A DNA stretch of 64,000 nt from Camelus ferus (lineage: Eukaryota): NCBI RefSeq assembly GCF_009834535.1, contig NC_045696.1, positions 116,128,001-116,192,000 on the forward strand, written 5' to 3'. Shown here piece by piece: positions 54,685-64,000 of this stretch. The notes under the pieces are model-generated. The model was not told the DNA's origin. It was given only the letters and a program-made list of their open reading frames with translations, and searched no databases. Made by a program: the position numbers and the translations under genes. How positions within the stretch are numbered: the stretch's first letter is position 1; the number at the start of each line of letters is the position of its first letter.

Positions 54685-55181
54685 CTGGATAAAGAAGATG
54701 TGGTATATTTTTACAGTGGACTACTACTCAGTGATAAAAAAAAAAAAAAAAAAAGAATAAAATAATGCCATTTGCAGCAACATAGGGATGGACAGGGAGA
54801 TTGCCATTCTAAGTGAAGTCAGACAAGAAAGAAAAAATACCATATGATATCCCTCATATGTGGAATCTAAAAAAAAAGACACAAACGTACAAAACAGGGA
54901 CAGACTCATAGACATAGAAACAAACTCATAGCTACTGGAGGGGAGGGGGTGGGAAGGAATAAATTGGGAGTTTGAGATTTGCAGATACTAACTACTATGT
55001 ATAAAACAGATAAATAAGTTTTTACTGTGTAGTACAGGGAACTATATTCAATATCTTATAGTAACTTATAATGAAAAAGAATATGAAAAGGAATATATGT
55101 ATGTATAACTGAATCACTATGCTGTACACCAGAAATTAACACAACATTGTAAACTGTAAACTGACTATACTTCAATTTTTT
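54685..55181 (+). mobile_element. 5'-truncated L1 inserted in the provirus interior
   Basis: ORF2 end and 3'UTR; TSD aaaataccattttc (54671-54684) / aaaaaatcattttc (55182-55195), 12/14 match. Confidence 0.92.
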
Positions 55182-55754
55182 AAAAAATCATTTTCTTTCA
55201 TTTATGGGAGCATAGCTAAAAATCTCCCAAGTTTTGCAAAATACATTCTAGGAGGACTGTATGTAAGATAGAACAGAGCTCAGATCATCCACACTTAATT
55301 ATTCATGGCCAATGTTATCAAATATCAAGCAAACAATAATTCAAAACAGTCTCTCTGGGTTACAGTTCCTCAGCCCCAAAGGGCAGAACCCCAACCAATG
55401 TCCCATCAGAGATCAAGCTGAATGAAAGACTGTCCTGAACATCCTGACCAAAAGGGAACATCCTGACCAAAGCTCCGCCCCTGCACCCCAGGTGAGGCCA
55501 GTGCCACAGGGAAGGACACCCTGGTGCCGTCACACACAAGCCCAGGTACTCAAAGACGTCTCAACCGGCCAGTGCAAGTACTGACACACGCACACAACCA
55601 ACAAACACGGCCCCACAAAATATCTGACAAGGTGCAGCCCCCAAACTCCACTTCCACTCCCAGACAGAGGCCTCCAAATGGATGGGCCTGGCTCCCAAAA
55701 GAGAACGACTCAGAGCGGCTCCCTTCCAGAGAGCAACGAGCCCAGGTGGACGCA

Positions 55755-55900
55755 GGAGGGTCCCAGGCCTCGCCAGCGAGAGCCTCTCACCCCCGTGACA
55801 CCGACTGCGGGGAGGGTCCCAGCCCTCGCCTGTGAGAGCCACTCACCCCCGTGACACCGACTGTGGGGAGGGTCCCAGCCCTCGCCAGCTAGAGCGACTC
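55755..55900. repeat. 56-bp GC-rich minisatellite, ~2.6 copies
   Basis: ggagggtcccag unit starts at 55755, 55811 and 55867. Confidence 0.92.
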
Positions 55901-56092
55901 GCCGCCAAGCCACGCCAAGTGCGGACGCAGCTCCAGACGTTTCTCGGCTCCGAACAGCCCGGCGCGGGGCTGTGGTGCCGCGGTGCCTGACGGGACAGTG
56001 CCTCCCAGGTGCCCGGATGGAAGTGAGTTCCGGCCACCGCGGGCCGGGGAAGGGGCTGCTCTCGCCCAGGGTCAACCTGCCACCAGCACAGA

Positions 56093-56112
56093 CTCCGAGG
56101 CTGGTTTCATCA
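56093..56112 (-). other. Degenerate primer-binding site, probably tRNA-Arg
   Basis: Minus strand tgatgaaaccagcctcggag, 4 nt after the LTR end; resembles the Arg PBS TGGCGAGCCAGCCAGGAG. Confidence 0.55.
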
Positions 56113-56116
56113 AAAT

Positions 56117-56589
56117 TGTCACCAAATGTAAGTTTGTGTGCCCGGCGCGCAGTGGGGCCAAACAGAAATGTTGGAGTTTGAAACCGAGAAAGGCTGATTG
56201 CTGGGCCGAGCAAGGAGGACAGGGTGGCTTATACCCAAGAAAACCCCTAACTCCCCAAAGGGTTTCAGCAGAGTACATTTAAAGGCACGTGAGGGAGATG
56301 GGGGGTCGTGGGGTAGTGATCAGCTCCCCCACAATTATCTAGTTGGTTGATGTTGAGGTAGCAGGGGGTCAGCGCTCTCAATCGCTGGGCACCAGAAGTT
56401 CTGGGGGCCATGTGCTCACAATCATCAAGTAGTCACTTTCTTCCATTTGGTAGTGGTTTCTGCATCTGAAAAACTCAGGAAATAGGCCAGAGATACTGTT
56501 ATCTGGGCCCTTCAGAGAGGAGCTGCTGCAGAGGGCAGGGGGAGGCATCTGTCCCCGGGAAGCCCCCACAGGGTCCCGCTCAGTTACCA
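56117..56589 (-). mobile_element. 5' LTR of the provirus
   Basis: Collinear with 50639-51118; followed by the PBS on the minus strand. Confidence 0.9.
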
Positions 56590-56814
56590 GGCAAGCAGGG
56601 ACCATCCTTACACCCCAGAACCTGCTGATATTATTCAAATTAGCCAATCCTAAGCCTGCTGGTCCTGCCTCGCCTTTTCTCTCCCACCAAAACCACAGCA
56701 GAGGCACTTTCCCACAGTCCCCTACCTTCTGCCCGTGCCGGACCCTGAGTGACCTGACATCATCTACCCCAGGCCATCTACCCCATCCAACAAAAATGCA
56801 AAACTCTTCTCAGT

Positions 56815-57260
56815 TTCTCTCTTTTGATCTGCATCAGGCCTCATCACACCTCACTGAAAGCAAAATGGTTAAAGGACTCCACAGCTCTGCAGTTTGAGCA
56901 GAGCTCAGTGGGGACACCTCATCTTCGCTCCATACACTGCCAGCTTTGGGGGAGTGCGCTTAAAGGCGGGGTGATACTGTCTAAGGCTCGCCTACTCACT
57001 CGTCTGCCAGCGGGGCTGCTTTCAGCTGGGACATTGCTGGGATACCTAAATGTGGTCTTGCCATGTGACTGCTACACCTGGGAGAGATCAATGCTCTAGG
57101 CCAGTCACTCAGTGAGTGTAATTCTGGACTTGAGCACAGGCTGGGCTCCCAAGAGGGAGTCAGGTGGAAGCTGTGTCATCTTTTCTAACCTAGCCTCACA
57201 AATCACGCAGCATGCTTTTTCCACTGCTTTCTACCCATGAGCAGTAAGCCACCGAAGCTG
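56815..57260 (-). mobile_element. MLT1-like MaLR LTR (other part at ~50388-50445)
   Basis: gcagtttgagcagagctcagtgggg, caggtggaagctgtgtcatcttttctaacctagcctcacaaatcacgcagcat. Confidence 0.6.
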
Positions 57261-57497
57261 CCTCTGTTCTGATAAGAATGTGTGGCTGCAAAGTCTATCT
57301 TTGCCAAATCTGCCGACACTGACCTTGGCATATCATCTTGTGTTAAAGGTATGGTCCTTGGCTTCTCTAAGAAACTAGACATTGGTCCCTAGGTTTCCTG
57401 AACTGTGAGAGCTCTGAGATCTGTAAAGGTCCTTAGAAAGCATATAGTTCAACTTTCCATCCATCTAACTAGGACAGGGTCATCTGGGTCAGGTTTA

Positions 57498-57685
57498 TCT
57501 TTTATTTTTTTAATTGAAGTATAGTTGATTTACAACATGACATTAACTTAAGGTATACAGCAGAGTGGTTCAGTATTTTTGCAGATTATACCCCATTGTA
57601 GGTTATGGCAAGATAATGGATGGCTATAACTCCTGGTGGTACACGGTATGTCCTTGTTGCTTATCAATTTTATACCTAGTTTGTA
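57498..57685 (-). mobile_element. Short L1 3' end
   Basis: Poly(T) then aattgaagtatagttgatttacaa; TSD-like ctgggtcaggttta / ctagatcaggttta (57484-57497 / 57686-57699). Confidence 0.85.
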
Positions 57686-58739
57686 CTAGATCAGGTTTAA
57701 ATGCTTTACATGGAAATAAGGTAGGTCAGGACTTCTCATGCTGCCCAATTTCACTGTGAACTCTCCTAGGGTATTTTTCCTCACCAAATCCACCTTCATT
57801 CAAAAGTTCCAAGTCCCAGTTTCATTTGTAGCAATAGAATTATACAAAATAAATTGAACCTCTGTTGCACATGATCGCCTTTAAATACTGGAAGACAGGT
57901 GTTCACATCTCCCTAAATCTCTTTTTCAAGTTTAATATCTCCAGTTTTCTTAGATATTTCTTATGGAAGAGGCTAATAAGATCTTTCCTGAACCTTATTT
58001 TTTAAACTGAATGTAAAAATTTTAAGTTATCCTAATTCAATCTCATGTTTAACAGTCTCAGTTCAACTTTCCTACCTGTGCTGGTATTTTCAACTTTTAA
58101 CCGAATCTCAAGTTTTGTCTTACCTGAAAATTATATCGTCTGTCAATTCATTGTTTAAAGTGCTAAGGAAAGTCTTAATGAACATCACCATGTGAAAATA
58201 GATTCACTCAGCCGTCTACTAGCTATTCCTGGCTGTAAGGATAATGAGAGATGATTTGTTAAATATCTTTCCATAAAAAACATACTGTGGCTTATAATAA
58301 TTCCAGATCTGACAGCTTACTCTCTTGTTTCAAAAGGAAGTAAATTTCATGACTTTATTTATTAAATATTTAGTGAATGCTCAGTGCCAATGTTCTGGGC
58401 ACTTGGACCCGGCAGTGACGAAACAGACAAGGTTCTAGCTTTCTATGGGGCAGACAGATAATAAAAAGTAGTCAAATAAATAAGATTGTGCCAAAAAGTG
58501 CTAAGTGCCTGAGGCAGTGGGTAACTGGAACGGCCTAGTGTGGGTGATCAGGGAAGGCCTCTTGGGACAGAGAACGTATTTAATGGAGATCCTAATAAAA
58601 TAATCAGTTCTGGGAATACCTGGAGCCAGAGTGATGCAACAGAAGAAACAGTGCGTGCAAAGATACTGTGGCCGTATTTGAAAAACAAAGGAATGATGTG
58701 GTTGTTGGTAAGGAGTGAGGCAGAGCTAGGGAAGTCGCA

Positions 58740-59200
58740 GAGGCTGTCCTCACTTCTGATACCGATTGTAAGTTCAGGACCCCCTGAGATCACCAGGTTC
58801 ACTAGCTCCAGCAGCTGGTCATCTAACTGCACTTGGAATAAAACTTGAACACCTTTTAATGATGTTGGAGGGTCCTACCTGTCCAATCTTATCTTGTTCC
58901 ACTCTGTGCCTCACTCCTTACCTGCAACCAATTGGTAATATTCCATGTGTCTTGTCACACGTGATTCCCAAGAGAATCCAGTGCTGTGCATGACACTAGT
59001 GCAGAAGGACAACTGGAAGGGCCGTGAGTGGGACTCTCCTAGATTCTTCCTTATGCGTGTTGGTCCTTGGCTGATTGTAATCCGTATCCCTTCACTGTAG
59101 TAACCTGTAGCCTGCACATAACAGCTTTTGGTGAGTTACCAGTGAGGGAAACTCACCTGAGCATGGATGCCAGGCTTTTTAGTCAGGGTGTTGTCATGGA
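58740..59200. mobile_element. MER21-like LTR fragments
   Basis: cctcacttctgataccgattgtaagttcaggacccc; tgtaatccgtatcccttcactgta...cagcttttggtgagtt. Confidence 0.4.
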
Positions 59201-59984
59201 GACAGGGTTGACTGTTCCCGTGGCTGACCTTTAGTCTTAAGCCCCTCTGAAGGTCAAGCTGACACCATATGGTCCTAAGCCCCACCATAAGTTGCATTCC
59301 TAGACTACAGGAAGAGGCAAAGATGACGGAGACAAACATAAAAAATTGGGGCAAAGAAGCAGGCAGCCCAGGACCAAGTTGGCTCCCGGGGGTCACTGCT
59401 TCTAAGTGCAACTAAACCACTCATTTGTCAATTTACTCTAAAACCTTGCTAGAATTTGTCAATTTAGCTATCTGTCCTCAGAATCCATATTTTCCTTTTT
59501 TTTTTTTTTTTTGGAAAAGTATAATGTTTCCCTTTCTTCTTTTTTTCAGAAAATGTACATGTTTTTCTGATAATGTAATGATTTGAACAAAATTTCTACA
59601 AATGTAAAGTAGGGAATAAGACAATTTTTGAGCACCTAATATGTCAGACACCGCTAGCCATGTTTATAAATGTTATTTCACCTAGCGATAAGCAGAGAAT
59701 TTAAGAGAATGTTAATTTAATTTAAGAGAATATAAGTTTGTTTCAAATGTCTTTGGATATAATTCAGTTGGGTCTAAAGTCTTAAGTTTAACTAAAGGGC
59801 CATCGCTAAAGATCCAAATGCATCTTTTAGGTAGTAATTTCAGTATATACTGGCATTAACTGATTTCACTTGTTCAACAAACATTTCTCTGTCTCCTAGC
59901 AGTGAAGACAGCAGGCATGGTACTCACCCACTTGGACTGAGCAGCCCATTACTCTATTGTGCAATAAGAAACTCACAAACTTTA

Positions 59985-60180
59985 GCGCCATACAAACCTT
60001 GATTTGAATGCAGACTCAAATACTTAGTAGCTCTGTGGCAATGAGCAAATTACCAAACTTCTCTGGGCCATAATTTTTGACTCTGCCAAATGGGACTAAC
60101 ACCATTCACCTCCCAGGGTTGTTATGAGGCATAAATGAGAGAAAGAATTCATATAAAGTGCCTGATCTGTAGTGGACTGT
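59985..60180 (+). mobile_element. MIR SINE
   Basis: tacttagtagctctgtggcaatgagcaaattaccaaacttctctgggcc...acctcccagggttgttatgagg. Confidence 0.75.
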
Positions 60181-60415
60181 TCCTTCCCTTCTGACCCTTA
60201 AGTGATTTGACCTGTAAGCTACATGTCTGTCCTCAATTTCCTTCTCTTTTTTTTTTTTAAAGCCAAGATGGAGTGCAAAATTCTAAACATAACATTTAAA
60301 GTAATAAGATTATGTGCTTCCTGAAATAGACAAAGTTGATTTTCATAGTCAATTGGAAGATTGCAAACTCATGGTCTTAGTCTCATTTTTCTTTGTGGCT
60401 TTTGGAAATGCATAT

Positions 60416-60899
60416 TGTGGTAGCCAGTATCCACGATGGTCTCCAGTGACCTCCATCCCCTCTTATTCTCACCTCCCCTTATATAATCGGCCTGGTCTGC
60501 ATAACCAGAGAATCTTGTGAAAGTGACAGTGTGTGACTTTTGAAGTCAGGTCATAAATACTGTGAGTTCTACCTTGCTCTCTCTTGGATCGCCCACTCTT
60601 GGGGGCAGCCAGCTGCCATGTTGTGTGGACACTCTACCAGCTCCATGCAGAAGTCTTCACTGCAAGGACAGAGGACTCCTACCAACAGCCAGCACTGACT
60701 TGCCATCTATATGGAGGAAGAGCTTCCAGCCTCAGAATAGCATTCAGCCCAACCAACACTCTGATTGCAATCTCACGAGAGACCCTGAGTCAGAACCACC
60801 CAGCTAAGGTGTTCCTTGTGTAAGATAAGAAATGTTTTTATTGTTTTAAGCTGCTAAGTTTCAGGGTAATTTGTTACACAGCAATAGATAACTAATACA
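60416..60899 (+). mobile_element. MLT1E/F-like MaLR solo LTR
   Basis: tgtggtagcc...gccagctgccatgttgtg...gtaatttgttacacagcaatagataactaataca. Confidence 0.88.
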
Positions 60900-62820
60900 T
60901 GTGTAATAAGTCACATGACTAACCCCAAACCAGAAAACCAAGTATTTTCAGAGGCTCAGTTATGATGAAAAGACATGTCTCTTTTCCTTTCCAACACACT
61001 CCAAGGGTTTATTTTGCAGGTGGTTTTGCTGTTGTTGTTTTTCACTTTGGGCTTGCATGTTTCTGACACAAAAGCACTGGTATAATAAAAGGTAGGCACA
61101 CTGGTCATGAAAAACTAGGACCTAAAAATGTTAGAAGTGTTTTGAAGGAACTAGCCCTAACCTTGTAAATGTAATTTATTATTTCTCCAGGAAACAGGAC
61201 AGAAGTGCAGCTCTTGGTCTTAGGGAGCTGAATAGAATGCACTGTGGACTGTTCTTGAAGTACAGGTATAAAACAGCTCACCAACAAACACTGTTTCTTT
61301 CCCACAGGCAGAGCTCTATGCATTTGGGAGCTGAGTCATTTAACATGCCATAATATTATCTGACTAACTTATGGGTCCAAAAATTAAACAAGGCATGGAG
61401 TTTATCTTTATGAAAGACACAGATTAAAAGTTGAAATTAACCTGAGGACTGGGATGGGAGAGCATGAAATAAATTAATACAATATTCCATAAAAATGTAT
61501 CTCCTTAGCTAAATTTAATTTACAATGAGTTCTAAAAGATTAAAGTCATAATTCTCAAATTCACCTATTATTCTTTTCTTTTTTACACTTCCCTTTCAAG
61601 CCCTCTCCACTGTATGTTCCACGTACCACACATTTCCCCACAAACACACTTATATCTTCTTGACAATAACTGCAATTTTTCATAGCTCAACAAAGGAAGT
61701 AAAAACCTAAATTCTTTGGTCACAATCAGCATGTAGCAGGAGAAGTAAGCCTAAAGTTAAATTTAAGCAAAAACCTACATCCACAAATGCAAAGATTATG
61801 AGTAGACCTTATTTTAGCTCCAAAAGAATCCATGTCCTCTTGGTTCTTTTTAAATGGGTTTCCATGTTTACAGAACTAGGCTGCTTAGCTCTGCACATCC
61901 CTGGAGGGTGAGCTCATCCCACCCCTGCTATTTACATCATGGCATCCCCATCACTGTGCCAGAGCCCTAGACCATGGGAGGGAAGGTTCCTACATGCCCT
62001 CCAAAAGTTGCAGCGGGTACAGCAAACCCCAGAGCCTCACTCACGGAGAAGGTATTCTGAAGTTGCCACAAAGTACCTAGTATTTCTTGGAAAATTACAG
62101 CACATGGTTCAGTTTGGAAAGCTTCCTTTGAATACAAGAAATGGAATGAAAACTTTTACCACCTCAGATTTTCATTCTCCTAGGCACCATCCTTAAATTC
62201 AAATCTACCACTAGTCAAAGATTTTATTTTTAATATTCAACCCCATTTCTTAATCTCAGCTGCCATTCAAAACCAAGAATTATTTTAATAGAATAATCAA
62301 ATTGCTAATTAGTTTCTGTTATTTACCTAAAGGTAATATTCAGATTAAGCTATTTAGATCATGAGGATTTAAAGTTCATACTCTAACCTTTCAGGATCTT
62401 TTTTTTTTTTTAATGTTTCATTATAATGGTTCAAAATCTTAATCTTTTAATCATCAGCTTATTCACTGAAGTCTATTGTTCAAATCTTTTATTCCCAAAT
62501 TATTGTTACTAATCCATAAGCAAATGGATAGGATTGAGATAAAATGTGAAAAAAAAAGGAGGAAAGAAACAAACTGTGTTATTCAAATATCAGGTCTAAT
62601 TATATAAGTGACATACATACTTAGCAAGGAGGCTCAGTCTAAATTTACAAAATGTTTTGCTGCTCTATCCTGTTAATTATATATTTTAAATATTTAAAAT
62701 ACGGGAATGAAGAGAAAGAGGTGAAGTATGACTCCGTTTTAGAATCTGTAAATCTTCCTTTGTCAGAGGAAAGGGTGAAGAGTCATCCAGCATCGAACAC
62801 AATCGAATTTTTTATCTTCT

Positions 62821-62952
62821 GGGATGCGGAGGGTATAGCTCAATGGGAGAGTGTGTGCTTAGCAGCATGAGGTCTTGGGTTCAATCCTCAGTACCTCCAT
62901 TTAAAAAATAATTAAATAAATAAACCTAATTACCTCTTCCCTACCAAAAAAA
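62821..62952 (+). mobile_element. tRNA-Ala-derived SINE (Vic-1-like)
   Basis: ggagggtatagctcaatgggagagtgtgtgcttagca...gggttcaatcctcagtacctcca followed by the bipartite tail. Confidence 0.9.
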
Positions 62953-63884
62953 GTTTTGATGTTCAATTAGAGTTTCATTTATTAAGAATCTTCAGTCAGT
63001 TTTACTTTTTATGATTATTTTTAACAAACCATAAGATAGGTCCACTTTAAAGTTACTGGTTTCCACCACCACCCCAAACCATAGACTTTAAATGATTGAA
63101 TCCATGAGCCATCCTGCCCACACATGGAATAAAACTCGTTCACATAGGACTGTTTTCTAATTCACACATGTTTAGGCCTTTCTAAATGAGGATAAGATAT
63201 AGTTGGGGCAAATTGTCTCTTTAAACTGTCTATGAAGCCTTCTTACAATAAAATCTAAAATTGGAGCAATGTTGAAATGGAGGACTTTGTGATGAAGAAC
63301 CACTGAAGTCTCTGGACTTCCTATTATAAATGTGGTTCTCTTTCAAGATGAGCTTTGCTTTTTTTTTTTTTTTTTTTTAAATCAAAGCAGGTCCAACAAT
63401 GGAAGACCTACAGATTCTAAAACAGAATCACAGAGAACTAGGCCATGTTAATAGCAAAGCAGTGTAACTGGGTGCATACAAGAGATAGTATTGTTCCTGT
63501 TTCCCACAGTTGATTAAAATAACTCTGTGTGAATGGGGTGGCCTCTCTGAGAGCCACAGACCATTCACAATGCCACATGGACATAGCAGCCATCAAATCT
63601 AGCAAAATCAGGCCTCTCCGACCTGAAGTCCAGAGACTAGCATGGCCAAAGCCATGAGGAGCCTCCTGCAGGTTGTAGCAGTGAGGGGGTCCAGCTCCAC
63701 CACCACCAACTGAGGAATAGCCACCAAAACTCCCCAAGCAGTGCTTCTTCCCCAACTACACTATCACAGTCATCTGAAGGGCTTGAAACACATACACATC
63801 GCCGACTCCCACCCTCTGAATTCCTCATTCATTAAGTCTGGGGTGGAATTTGAGAACACATTTCTGATGATACTGTGATCATCC

Positions 63885-64000
63885 CTTTTATTTACATTTT
63901 TTAATTGATGTATAGTTGGTTTATAATATGTTAATTTCTGGTGTACAGTATAGTGATTCAGTTATATATATATTCCTTTTTATATTCTTTACCATTATGG
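63885..64000 (-). mobile_element. L1 3' end running off the window edge
   Basis: Poly(T) then aattgatgtatagttggtttataatatgttaatttctggtgtacag. Confidence 0.88.

Larger units (their letters stand above)
50639..56589 (-). mobile_element. ERV1-like (MER4-group-like) provirus with no recognisable gag/pol
   Basis: Two homologous LTRs in the same orientation, PBS after the 5' LTR, PPT before the 3' LTR, env TM remnant. Confidence 0.9.

Noticed and set aside
55524..56282. Cluster of overlapping ORFs up to 167 aa
   Set aside because: Explained by GC-rich, stop-poor minisatellite/leader sequence; no gag or other recognisable motifs
1..64000. Prokaryotic-type systems (CRISPR arrays, operons, terminators)
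   Set aside because: Sequence is mammalian; all tandem repeats lack unique spacers

Overview
Repeat-rich mammalian DNA, most likely from a camelid: it carries several tRNA-Ala(AGC)-derived SINEs resembling camelid Vic-1, plus young L1 3' ends. I found no host protein-coding exon I can support, so the window reads as intronic or intergenic, and the listed ORFs are chance ORFs or repeat fragments. It is packed with L1, L2, MIR, MER5A, MaLR/MLT1, ERVL-type and many ERV1-type solo LTRs, often nested. The main structure is a ~5.95 kb minus-strand ERV1-like provirus (50639-56589): two diverged LTRs, a degenerate tRNA-Arg-like PBS, a CpG-island-like leader with a 56-bp minisatellite, a long AT-rich interior with no recognisable gag/pol, a decayed env TM segment (ISD plus CX6CC-like motif) and a tandemly duplicated PPT/U3 junction. 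Other points of note are an internally deleted L1 (5'UTR joined to the ORF2 tail), two L1 copies with the same 5' truncation point, and a motif-dense enhancer-like block near 44.8 kb. Repeat family names are from recalled consensus similarity, not from a database search, and boundaries of old repeats are approximate.
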